Below, one piece after another: positions 12,301 to 23,430 of a stretch of DNA of 52,474 nt. Every line of letters begins with the position of its first letter. Position 1 is the first letter of the stretch. The position numbers and the translations under genes were made by a program. Origin of the DNA: Lama guanicoe (Eukaryota); the NCBI GenBank assembly GCA_013239625.1, contig MU053472.1:2187236-2239709 (forward strand), written 5' to 3'. The notes beneath the pieces are model-generated. The model was given only the letters and a program-made list of their open reading frames with translations, did no database searches and had not been told where the DNA came from.

Positions 12301-12730
12301 GACAGGTAAGCACTGTGTTATATGTTGGGTTGAACAGAGTTGGAATGGAAGGAGGAGGCAAAACTAGATAAGACATAGTCCCTGTTAATCAAACGTGGAA
12401 GAGATACATATAAAAAATGTTTAAAGAGTAGAATGTGTAAATGATGGCATATTATGAATATTAGTTAACTAGGCCTACACACAGTAAGATGAATGAATCT
12501 TAAAAACTTAATGTTGAGTACACCATGCATGGCACAATAAATACACACAGTAAAATTCCATTTCTATGAAGTTTAAAAACAGATAAAACTAAATTATATA
12601 TTTCAGAAACATATACATATATATATGCTAAAATATGAAAAAAAAAAAAAAGCAAGGGAGTGATTGCCATAAAAGTCAGGTCATGGCTACCTCTGGGAGA
12701 AAGGAAACATTATCTTGACCTGGATAATGG

Positions 12731-13195
12731 TGTATTTAGTCAAAGTTTAATCAGGGAAGCAGAACCACTTTGGGTTAGAGAGAGGGATTTATTATAGGCA
12801 TTAGACTATAGGTAATAGTAGGAGGAACTGGGCAAGGGAAGTTCTTCAAGAGAGAGTAGGAAGATGGAGCAGTTACCAACCGATCTATCCGTGAAGCCCA
12901 GCACATCCAGCTGCTGAAACGTGACTGCAGAGGAATAACTTGTGGAGAAGTCCATGGGAAGCTATTGCCTCTGAGGGTCTGCAGCCAAACATCCGGTAAT
13001 CAACCCGGGACCATTGTTAGGAAGAAGAGCTGCATGTGGAGCAGAGACGAGCAAGGACAAGTTAGAACCAGCGACCTTCAGAGAGTAATAGATGCTGCTT
13101 CACTCCTTCCTCCCAAATCTCACACAAGCTGCTCTTTTGGCCAACTCTAAACTAGAGCCATTCAGGGAAGGGGATTCTGGGAAACACATTTTCTG
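12731..13195. mobile_element. Old LTR (LTR78/79-like)
   Basis: Starts tgtatttagtcaaagtttaatcagggaagcagaaccact and ends near agggaaggggattctgggaaac. Confidence 0.5.
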
Positions 13196-13509
13196 GAATA
13201 ATCAATTTGAAAATAAAATGATCCAGCACGGGTGGTTACATGAGCTTTGCTTTAGAATTATCTGTTACATATTTATGGTTAAACACCTTGCTGAATTTGT
13301 TATCATTCACAATGAAAAGACCATCAGTTAGTCAATCAAGCAACAAAAGAACAAGAGTGTCATTTCAAATGCCATGTATGATGTGTTCCTATAGTGCTAT
13401 CAGGAGTATGTTATACAAGTGCTATGAAACTAAAGGAACAACTCTGCCTAACAGTGTCAGGAAAGGTTTCACAGGGAAAAAAACAATAAAAATAGTAACA
13501 AAAATAATT

Positions 13510-13760
13510 AGCTACCATTCACTGACCACATGCAATAAATCTGTCAGACATTATAATATGCTTTGTATCACTTTATATACTTTACACAACAATCCTATGA
13601 AGTAGTTATTATACTTCCCATTTTGCAGATTAAAAAAACTGAGGTAAAGCAAAGTAAATTAATTTGCCCAGTGCTACATCAGCTAACAAGAAACAGAGCA
13701 GTAATTTGAACCCACACCTGGATTACTCCAACTACTCTTAGCCATTATACTACACGATCG
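13510..13760 (-). mobile_element. MIR SINE
   Basis: cccatttttgcagattaaaaaaactgagg...aatttgccca core. Confidence 0.75.
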
Positions 13761-14119
13761 TCCATCTAGTCTTGACAGGTAAAGAGAATATACCTGGTGA
13801 GCCGACGGAATGGCACGGGCAGAACTGGCAACGTGGGAGGGTGCTTGCAGAACACTGAGAAGGTCAGTGTGGCTGAGGAATGTCTGTGTGGAGGATGGTG
13901 AAAGAGGCGATAGAAAGAAGGTGTAAAATTCGTTGACTTTTTTTTTAACGTCACGATAAAGCGTTCCGAACTTATGGTCCACAGGGGACGACTGGTATTT
14001 AATTAGTGGGAAAACAGCACAGTTAGATTTATGGTTTATAATTCTGGCAGTAATTACTTAATAGTTACATAACCCTGTGTCTATGGGGATACGTAGAGTA
14101 TTTGGACACTTCTTTACTC

Positions 14120-14274
14120 CTTTTATTTTAACTTATTTTTTTTATTTTGAGGGGGAGGTAATTAGGTTTACTTACTTATTTTACTTTTTTTTTAAGAGGA
14201 GGTCCTGGGGATTGAACCCGAGACCTTGTGTACGCTAAGCATGCGCTCTACCACTTGAGCTATACCCTTCCCCT
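14120..14274 (-). mobile_element. Vic-1-type tRNA-derived SINE inserted in a MIR
   Basis: Minus strand GGGGAAGGGTATAGCTCAAGTGGTAGAGCGCATGCTTAGC...GGTTCAATCCC. Perfect 15-bp TSD gacacttctttactc at 14105-14119 and 14275-14289. Confidence 0.9.
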
Positions 14275-14557
14275 GACACTTCTTTACTCTTTACACAGAA
14301 CTTTCAATCATATTATTTCTTTCGATTCTCACAACTAACTAGCCTATGAGGAATGCAAATAGGTGCTTTATCCCCATTAAATGAATTTTAAAACTGAGTC
14401 TCAGTAAGGCTAAATAAATTTGTCCAATGTCACTTGGCTCATAAGTGGCACTCTAGATAAGAATTCAGGTCCCTCTGACTCCTTGCTTTCTCCTCTTCTT
14501 CCTACATCATATTGCCAACCTTGACCCAGGCACAGGCAAAAGTAAGGACAACAAAAC

Positions 14558-15313
14558 GAATGTAAATCCCCAAGCATTTTCCAGTGAGCTGTAGCCAAAT
14601 CAAGTGAATTTTCTATTTCTTGAATTCTAGGAGCTGAGAAATGATTGCAATCATCCTTTTTTTTTTTTGAGAAATTAAATTTTAGCCATGGAATTTCTAT
14701 TTGATTTAAAATTACATGACTCATAGATATGTTTTCATTAAATCTAATGACAGCAAATTGGTTCATAGTGGGAATATAGTAATTCTGGATAAACATAAAT
14801 ATGGTGCTTCAAAATGAGACAAAGTTTTCTAATTGCAATGAACAAGAGAATAAAATTAGTCTCAATTGCCAAATGAGACATTGTGCCAGGAATTTCAAGA
14901 ACAGAAAAAAAAAAAGGAAAAAAAAAAAAGGGAATTGTATTCAATGTGGATGCCAGGGAAAAAAATGCTTCCAGGAGGCTCTCAGGCTCTCCATGGGAAA
15001 TCAGTTCCTTTAGTTCCTTAAATCTCCGTATCCATTAGTTTCATCGACACTGAGAATTTCCTTGATTTTCAAATTTCTGGTTTAGAATTCTGATTTCCTT
15101 TATTAAAGCTCTTGTCATTGCTCTGAAATCTCTTTAGTTTATGAAGTCTGAATTTTTGAAGGTCTCAAGGATTTTGTTTTCCAATAATATCAAGTTTTTC
15201 CCTTTAATGTAACAAGCGAGGAAGGATATAAACAACAGCTGGACAGGGGCCACCGGCATCCGAAGAAATTGCACCGTTTTTATCTCTTGCTTGTTGCCTT
15301 CTGGGATCTCTGC
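14558..15313 (-). pseudogene. Large pseudo-exon, ~756 nt, several frameshifts; donor uncertain
   Basis: ttttcttag|G. Fragments AISSDAGGP (15246-15272), DLQKF (15150-15164), WIRRFKELKELISHGEPESLLEAFFSLASTLNTIPF, MFIQNYYIP...HVILNQIEIPWLKF. Weak donor TC|gttttg gives the phase 2 needed for the next exon. Confidence 0.6.
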
Positions 15314-15425
15314 CTAAGAAAATGCCAACATTTCTGCCCCAGTAACTTGCTGGGTCTCTAAAGGGACTGCTGATGTGAAGCTTTCCAGGATCCCTGAATG
15401 ATAACGATGAAATTCAGAATCTCAC

Positions 15426-15633
15426 CAGAAGACAATTTTTCTCAATCATCACCCTTCCAAGGATGTTATGAATGCATCACTTTCCCAGAATAAGCCACAG
15501 CAAAGCAACATGGAAAGGTGCCACACCAGGCTTCTGTCCTGTCCAATTTATATACTGGTTTTCTGAATTGGCTTTTCAGCTATGTTAAGTCTGCTTTAAT
15601 TTTGTCTCTCCTCGACAAACTGCTTGAGGAAGT
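15426..15633 (-). pseudogene. Pseudo-exon, 208 nt, phase 0-1
   Basis: ttttttatttttatatcttcag|A...CTG|gtgaga. Reads TSSSSLSRRDKIKADLT*LKSQFRKPVYKLDRTEAW...; three stops. Confidence 0.6.
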
Positions 15634-15810
15634 CTGAAGATATAAAAATAAAAAATATTGCAAAGACAAATAAATATACATCTTTGTTTTTATTTGTTTT
15701 ATTCTCAAAGGATTCTTCCCCAAAGCCATCAAAGTTTAAACACATTACCTTCTCATGCTCTCAAAAATTTGGGATAGATGTCAAAACATCATGGGATTCA
15801 GGTATCTTAC

Positions 15811-15994
15811 CAGAATTGGTGTTTTCACCACGAAAGCTTTCTCTCTTTCATTGTTCTCACTTGGCTTGGAAGGTGCTGCTTTATACTCAGCCAAAAATAC
15901 TAAGCATTTAAGTACTGAATACACTGTAGTATGTGATGCTGGCTTCACCAGCCTATTGGCTCTCATCCATCAGAATTCAAAATGGAAAATGTAC
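15811..15994 (-). pseudogene. Pseudo-exon, 184 nt, phase 2-0
   Basis: ccttcattag|G...CTG|gtaaga. Reads YIFHFEF*WMRANRLVKPASHTTVYSVLKCLVFLAEY...KTPIL with one TGA at 15970-15972. W..RL resembles recalled RGS22 WIKKERL and RGSL1 WLEKCRL. Confidence 0.7.
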
Positions 15995-17204
15995 CTAATG
16001 AAGGTTTATACATAATTTCTGGGAAATCTCTCTGGATTTAATTTTTGAATTTTTAACCCTATTATTCATTTCATATAAGTGGTCCCAAAGAGATCTCCGT
16101 AAGTGGCCAGCTTTAATTTACACACCTCAGGGATTCACAGCACTATAAATGGAGGGGCTGGCCCTGGTCTTAAAAATGACAGCTTTCTTGGTCTTAAAAT
16201 TACAGGCAGAATACAGTAGCTTGAAATTAACCAAAATGAACAGAGCTATAAATTCAACCTCCTGTTTATTTAGCTACCTGAGAGGTTATTTTAGCCGCAT
16301 CTGATCAAATACACTAGCTGAATTAGATTTAATCCATTGTTTAATACAAATTCCTTAGGTAGCAATAGACAAATTGTCTAAACGTCTTGTCTTCTCTACA
16401 CGTACAAATGGAGATTACGCTCCTGGATTCTGTGATGAAATACTAAACTCCCGCGTCTGTGGCCACCACCCAAGGGCTTAAGTCTTCTTCCTGTGTTCGT
16501 GGCTTAGGAAGGCAGGTCTTTTTTTCCCTTGTACGTCTCCTTGTTTTACATTGTCTATAGCAACACACCCTCAAAATACTTATACACTTTGAACAGGAAA
16601 AAAAAATCCTTTACTACTTACTGAGATTTATAAAAAGAAAAGCAAGTATGGGTTGACAGTAGGGTAGGTAAAGTGCTTCATAACTTAGGTTTTTCTAGCA
16701 CAGGGAATAACCCGAGTAAAAGATCTTATTCTGGATACCTCTCTGCAGGCACATGGCCCACTTCTCCCGTCAGTCTAATCTAGATCCCTTCCTGGTCAGT
16801 CTGAGAATGAGATGATGTTAGTCCAACCTTTCCATCTTTATAGGTAAGAAAGGACTTACGAGCTAGGCTTTTGGGCTTTGACTTATGCTCTGTCCTATGT
16901 AGTTATATATTAAAATCCTACTTTTATCTTTAAAAATGAGTTAATACAAGTGAAGCATTAGAACAGTACCTAGTACACGGTACTATTAATATAATTTTAT
17001 TCCAACTCTTCTGTGAAGTCTCCCTGATTCTCATCTGGCCACTCATCCCTGTACAACCGTGTGTTTCTTGGTTTTGTTTTCCTATTTATACTTATGTCGA
17101 AATTAATTGTTTGTTTTTCCCTCTCTGTCACTAGACAGTAAGCTATTTGAGGACAAGAGCCATGAATTTTCTTTTCATCATCCTCCTCCCCAGTGCCTTG
17201 TCTT

Positions 17205-17869
17205 GGTCTAAAACAAAAAGACTGCTAATTATTCCTCCAGAAAAAAAATGTATTTATTCAGGATCAAGAAAGAATTTCAATTCAGGATCTGCAACTGTGG
17301 CAAGCCACATGCAAGTCCCCGCACACCAAGGAGAGGAGAATACTTTTAAAGAGGAGAAAAGGAAGGGGGAGCACTATAGCAAACAGAGTCCATTGGAAGA
17401 TCTGAGAATCTGAAGTACGGTGGCTTTTCATTGGCGAGTTGTGACAGTCTCTCACTGGCTGTGCTCTTGCCAGTCAAGAATAGCATGTCTTTCTTCTTCT
17501 TGTTGGGCTCTGCTATTTTTGTAGGGCATGAGAGCTTCTCCTCTGGCCTCTTGACTCTGTTTTTTGGTGGTTTTTTTTGCAGGTCATTATATATATTTTT
17601 CCCCGCCTCCCCCCACCCCATGGTGGGGAAGGTAATTAGGTTCATTTATTTTTTTTTCAGTGGCAAAAATAAATAGTTTTGTTTTATTTTTTTTTAATGG
17701 CAGTACTAGGGATTGAACCCAGGACCTTGTGCATGCTAAGGATACACTCTCGTGCTGAGCTATACCCTCCCCTATATATATATTTTTTTCTTTTTCTTAA
17801 TTGAAGTATAGGTGATTTACAATGCCTGATTCTGTTTTAATTGAGGTTTTCTGTTTATTAATTTTTACA
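17205..17869 (-). mobile_element. ERV solo LTR-like element with nested insertions
   Basis: Minus strand begins TGTAAAAATT; minus-strand AATAAA near 17253-17258; interrupted at 17564-17826. Confidence 0.55.
17601..17772 (-). mobile_element. Vic-1-type SINE
   Basis: A/B-box tRNA head GGGGAGGGTATAGCTCAG...GGTTCAATCCC; flanking direct repeat tatatatattttt. Confidence 0.85.
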
Positions 17870-18449
17870 CTAGCACATTGCTTTTCAGGCATTACATCCT
17901 TAAAGAAGTATTCATTGATTTAATTGCAACGATGACCTACAAAAGCAGTGGGAAATTATCAACAAGTGTAGACTTCTCTCCTAAACCTGCCTACGAAAAC
18001 TAATAGCCACCACATTAGTTTCTTTATGCCCACATCTGGAGTTGCAATACGATTAAGCAAGTGGCATGGTCAAATGGCAGGAACCAGAAAAAGGTGATTG
18101 CAAAACAACAATGACAAAATGCAGAATGGGATTAACAATGGGATTAATTTAGACTGGAACTCACTAAAGCAACAGGCAGATTGAGACAAGATTAGGGACA
18201 AGGATAGATTTAGGTAAGCGAGTAGGGCAAGCTGAAGCTTGGTTCAGACCCATTTGCAGGTAGGAAAGAAAAGCTGCAGTCTTAAGAAAGCATCTGAAAT
18301 AGCTTCCAAGTGTTGCATTAATCGGTGATTGTGGGATAGGAGATGGAAATTATAGTCTCTTCACTACAAAGGATAAGTCTTTCACCATGAGTTCTGCCTT
18401 CAAGATGTTTGTTAAAGGACCTCAGTTTATTAGAGTGGTTCCCATTTAC

Positions 18450-18783
18450 CCGGGTTCATCTTCATGACTATGTCTCCATAGTCATGTCCAGATGGTAGTT
18501 TCTTCAGAGAGGATCAAAGACATAATCAGCACTTAGAGACCAATTCTCATTTTCTAAATACTCGAGGATTTCCATATGGACTCTGTTCTCTAGAACTCCT
18601 GATAGCTGCGCTTTTGACCAGAGTCCCAGACCATGCTCACTAATTGGAATATCAGATGCATGAATCTCTAAATGCTGTTTGGTTCCAGAGAGCAGGTCCT
18701 CAAGTCTGAAAGATATCCCTTTCAATAGAATATCCCTAAGAAATACTAGATTGTTCAAGCCTCAAGTTCCACAGCATTGCTTA
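18450..18783 (-). pseudogene. Pseudo-exon, ~334 nt, RGS-like module
   Basis: Long pyrimidine tract then caag|T...CGG|gtaaat. Reads KQCCGT*GLNNLVFLRDILLK...EILEYLENENWSLSADYVFDPL with a frameshift near 18505. Compare recalled RGS22 KKFIKGTLGERYWWLWMDIERLK. Confidence 0.7.
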
Positions 18784-19207
18784 CTTGAATCAGTGAAGGA
18801 AGGAAAGGAAGAGAGAGGGGGTGACACTGTATAGGAAGGAAAGAAGTTTAATATTTAGTTTGGTGGGACAGAGACGAGAACAGGAAAACTGCCGAGACTT
18901 AAAGATCACTAGGAAGATGAAGGTAATGGTTTTGATAATAGGAGAACTGAAGAAAATGTTTCCCAGTCTTTAAGAGGGTTAAAGAGGACTACAAGTGTAG
19001 ATGGTTAGAAGTACTTGGCCTCCAACCCATTAATATGCCCTGGGGATTGCATTGTATTCTTCAATTTTTCCATTTGTAGAAGGGCACTCCTCACCGTTTA
19101 ATTTTTTTGTTTTGTTTTGTTTTTTAAGCTAGAGAAAAGAGCTCATGTCCTTGGGCAAAGAGGCTCTTTATGTGTCTGTCATTTAGACCCTCTTAATACT
19201 TGAGAAG

Positions 19208-19661
19208 GGTTAGCAAAAAACAAAATTCAACTGAGTAAATTTGAAGATCGAGTTGGCTTTAGTCAAAAATTCATGAATTGAGCAGCATCCCATCCAGAAA
19301 CTAGATGGGCACTCAGAGGAATAATACAAAATTTGGAAAGTTTTTATAGAAAGGAGGCTGGGGCAAGGAAGTCATTAGCAAAAGAAAAGAAAGGGCTACT
19401 TAGGGCTAGTTGTCTTCTTTCCAGGGAGAAGGAAAGGCAAGAGTTTTACTGTGCAGACTGCCTCTTCTTCCTCCAGGGTGATGGAGAGGGTCCACGACAG
19501 ATTAACCTCACTGGTGCTGACCAGAAAATTCTGAACTAATTAAGATTACATTTCTGGGGAAGGTCAAAACTGCAATTAGGTTAGGTATTAAATCTAGGTT
19601 TGATATCACGGTTTTTAGCACAAGTGACGTCATTTGGGGCATGTGATTTTTCTCTTTAACA
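19208..19661 (-). mobile_element. ERV1-like solo LTR
   Basis: Minus strand begins TGTTAAAGAGAAAA; LTR-like length and composition; family not identified. Confidence 0.5.
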
Positions 19662-19727
19662 GGATTAAGCAAACATTTGTGTCTTTAAAGTCTGAGAAAG
19701 GGTGTCATCCTTGACGCCTCCCTTTCC

Positions 19728-20252
19728 ATAGTGGGCATCTGATGTTTCTTTGGCTACCCCAAATTCAATTTCCCTTCCTAACGTCACCCTAATTTGTGTG
19801 TGTGTGTTGGGGGGAGGGGATTTCCTGCACTAAATTTTGTGCAGTTTTGAGGACTAAAGCCAAGGTAACTTGTCTTCCCTCTCTGAAAGCTGAAGGGGTT
19901 CCCAGATGCAATTAAAGCTTTCTTCCAAAAGATCTTACTTTCTCATTGTCTTGGTAAATCAAAAGCCAGGCATAATGCTTAATTAAGCTCAGTTAGCTGG
20001 AGTGCCGTTTCTGGGACTCTGAATCACAGATGGAGTGAAAGATGGAAAAATCAGTTGCACTTCTTTCACTCCAGCAGTGGGAGCCTGATAAGACAGCAGT
20101 TAGTTCCTGCTGACCCTTCTCCATCGTTTCTAATCCTACTTCTCTAACCTTTCAGTCAATTTTGTGAGTTGCCAAAATCTTTATTTTTTAAAGTCCTTTT
20201 TCGCTTAAGTCAGCCAGAGTTGTTTTTTACATCTTGCAACCAAGAACTAATT
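19728..20252 (+). mobile_element. ERVL LTR (LTR33/LTR16-like) interrupting an L2
   Basis: 3' end cttaagtcagccagagttgtttt...cttgcaaccaagaac. Confidence 0.55.
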
Positions 20253-20254
20253 CA

Positions 20255-21636
20255 ATATCCCTTTACCCACACATTTTATTCATCACTCAATCCTGTTAAT
20301 TCTACTTACAAGATAGATCTTGAATCTGTTCGCTTCTATACAGCTACTCTGGCATCACCCCTACTCCAGCCAACCATCTTTTCTTACCCAAACCACCGCA
20401 AGAGCTTTCATGCTTCCACTATGGTCATTCTCAAATCTAATCCATTCTCCATGCTGCGACCACAGCGATCTTTCAAAACTCCAATCTCATCATGCTAGTT
20501 CTCAGTCTAATACACTTTAGTTGCTTCCCATTGTTCTTAGAAGAAGATTAAAAAATCCTCAACAGAGCTTAAATGACCTTTTGTAATCTGGTCCCTGGTG
20601 ACGTCTCCAATCTTGTTTAACAGCCTTCTCCCCAGGTGCTCACTGAGCTCCAGCAACTCTGGCTTTCTTTGGTTCCTTGAATACTCTAAGGGTCTCATTA
20701 TCTCGGGGACTTCAAACATGGTGCTCCCTCTACTTAGACAATTTCTCTCTGTCAGCTATGTGCCTGGCCAGCCTTTCCTTCTCCAGATCTAAACTAGTTC
20801 TTGCTCTCCTCTTTCAGAGCACTTTGTTCCTTTCTTTCATAGTGGTTATCACAATTTTTGTGTATCTATTTAGGTAATTATTTGCATAATGTCTCTTCCC
20901 CTCAATGCCTGTAAGCTTCGTAAGGGTAAGAACCACATCTCTTTTACTCACCACTGGATCTCCAGCATCCATGTGGGTACCTGACCCACAGAAGATCTTT
21001 AAGAATTATCTTCAGATACAATGGTTAAATTAATGAACGATGTCACATCCCATTCTCTTCTCTTACCTTCACCATTATTTCTAACGCTAAATCAATGACT
21101 AAATCATTAATTCCTTCACTTAATCTCTAAAATATGCCTCTGTTATCAGTGCTACTGATTTAGTTCAGGCCACCATCATCACTTACCTGAGCCTTTGCAA
21201 TAACTTCCTAACTAGCCCTCTTGTCCCTAGTTTTGTTCCTCTCTAAACTGTCTTCCACGCTGCAGCCAGAGTGACCTCTCTTTAAAATACCAACCTTATC
21301 ATCTCAACTCTCTACTCACAACCCTTCCATGGCTTTCCATCACCTGCAGGGTAGAGGCCAAATTCCTCCTACAAAGTCCTTAATGACTTAGTTCCTACCT
21401 ATCTCCAATTTCATTTCCCAACTACCTTCTACTTCTAACTTTAAGTTCTCTTCTCTTGCTGCGACCTGTGACCCTTTTCTTAACCTCATCAGCTCTAATA
21501 TCTCACAGTGCCCTGTGTCCTATCACAGTTTATCACGTTGCACTGAACTTTATTTATGTGTCTGCCTCTGCGTTCACAATGAAAGCTCCATTAGGACATG
21601 AACTTTGCATGATTCATATTTCTATTACCCTTGTAT
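20255..21636 (+). mobile_element. Two L2 fragments
   Basis: caggccaccatcatcacttacctg, gcagccagagtgacc, ccctggtgacgtctcc and other pyrimidine-rich L2 motifs. Confidence 0.7.
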
Positions 21637-21900
21637 AGTCTTTTTCAACCTGCAAGTTGTAACCTATTAAATGGTCATTAATTAATTTAGTGGATTATGA
21701 CTAATATTAATTTTTAAATGACACAGAATAGGAAATATCAGATTGCATCACATGTGAGAATTCTCTGTGTGTGAAACCTTTTCATATGCACACACATACA
21801 TAAAATATGTATAAATTAATGTGTTTATTGGGTCACTGTGTACAACGTATTGCTTGCTGTAAGATTATGGTAAAAAATTAATTTTTTGAAAAGACATTGT
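21636..21900 (+). mobile_element. MER103C-like hAT-Charlie element inside L2
   Basis: aatttagtggattatgact...gaaatatcagattgcatcaca...tttgaaaagacattg. Confidence 0.65.
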
Positions 21901-22074
21901 TTTGATAACTAGAACATTGTAGGTGCTAAATAAATGTATCTGCTTCAAATCTTTCTTGGAATGAGGTCGAGGGAAAAACAAGTGTGCTCAAATAAACCTA
22001 ATTGCAGTGAGCTTATGATTTCTTTTGTTTCTCTGACTTCTTACTTTTCAAGGCCCAAATGATTCTAATTCATT

Positions 22075-23430
22075 CCCGGAAATAAACCCACACACTTACG
22101 GTCAATTAATCTACCACAAGGGAGGCAAGAATATACAATGGAGAAAAGACAGTCCTTTAATAAGCGGTGCTGGGAAAACTGGACAGCAACATATAAAGGA
22201 ATGAAATTAGAAATTCTCTAACACCATATACAAAAATAAACTCAAAATAGATTAAAGACCTAAATGTAAGACCATAAACTATGAAACTCCTAGAGAAACA
22301 CATAGGCAGAACACTCTTTGATGTAAATCGTAGCAATACTTTTTTTGAATCTGTCCCCTAAAGCAAAGGAAGTAAAATAAACAAATGGGACCTAACTAAA
22401 TATAAAGGCTTTTGCACAGCAAAGGAAACCATCCACAAAATGAAAGACAACCTAATGAATGGAAGAAAATATTTGCAAATTATATGACCAATAAGGGTTA
22501 ATATCCAAAACATATAAACAGCTCATACAAGTCAACATCAAAAAAGCAAACAACCCGATTTAAAAATGGGCAGAAGACCTGAATAGACATTTTTTTCAAA
22601 GAGATGATGGCCAGCAGACACATGAAAAGATGCTCAACATCACCAATCATCAGGGAAATTCAGATCAAAATCACAATGAGATATCGTTTCACACCTGTCA
22701 GAGTAGCTGTCATTTAAGAGACCACAAATAACAAATACTGGCAAGGATGGGAAGAGAAGAAAACTCTTGCACACTGTTGGAAAGAATGTAAATTGGCGCA
22801 CCTACTGTGGAAAACAGTATGGCGTTCTTCAAAAAACTGAAAACAGAACTACTGTATGACTCAGCAATTCCACTTCTGGGTATACATCTGAAAAAAAACC
22901 CCAAAACACTAATTTGAAAAGATACATGCACCAAAATGTTCATAGCAGCATTGTTTACAATTGCTAAGGTATGGAAGCAACCTAAGTGTCCATCAACAGA
23001 TGAATGGATAAAAAAGATTTGAGATTATACACACACACATATACACATACACACAATGGAATACTACTCAGCCACCAAAAGGAATGAAATTTTGCCACTT
23101 GCAACAAAATGGATGGGCTTGGAAGGTATTATGCTAAGTGAAACAAGTAGAACGGAGAAAGACAAACACTATATGATATCACTTATATGTGGAATTTAAA
23201 AAATACAACAAACCTGTGAATATACAAAAAATAAGCAGACTCAAAGATATGGAGAACAAACTAGTGGTCATCACTGGGGAGAGGAAAGGGGAGAAGAACA
23301 ATATAGGGGTAGGGAATTAAGAGGTACAAACTATTATGCATTAAATAAGCTATAAGAATGTATTGTACAACACAGGGAATATAGTCAATATTTTATAATA
23401 ACTATAAATGAAGCATAACCTTTAAAAAGA
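22075..23430 (+). mobile_element. 5'-truncated L1 (ORF2 C-terminus and 3' UTR)
   Basis: tgctgggaaaactggacag, cttttgcacagcaaaggaaacc, gcaattccacttctggg; no intact ORF. Confidence 0.9.

Noticed and set aside
13240..13982. 121-aa and 99-aa ORFs
   Set aside because: They overlap MIR/L2-like sequence and show no splice or protein-family signal.
14200..14274. tRNA gene (also 17700-17772 and 39542-39612)
   Set aside because: The tRNA-like head continues into a SINE body and A-rich tail, with TSDs in two copies.
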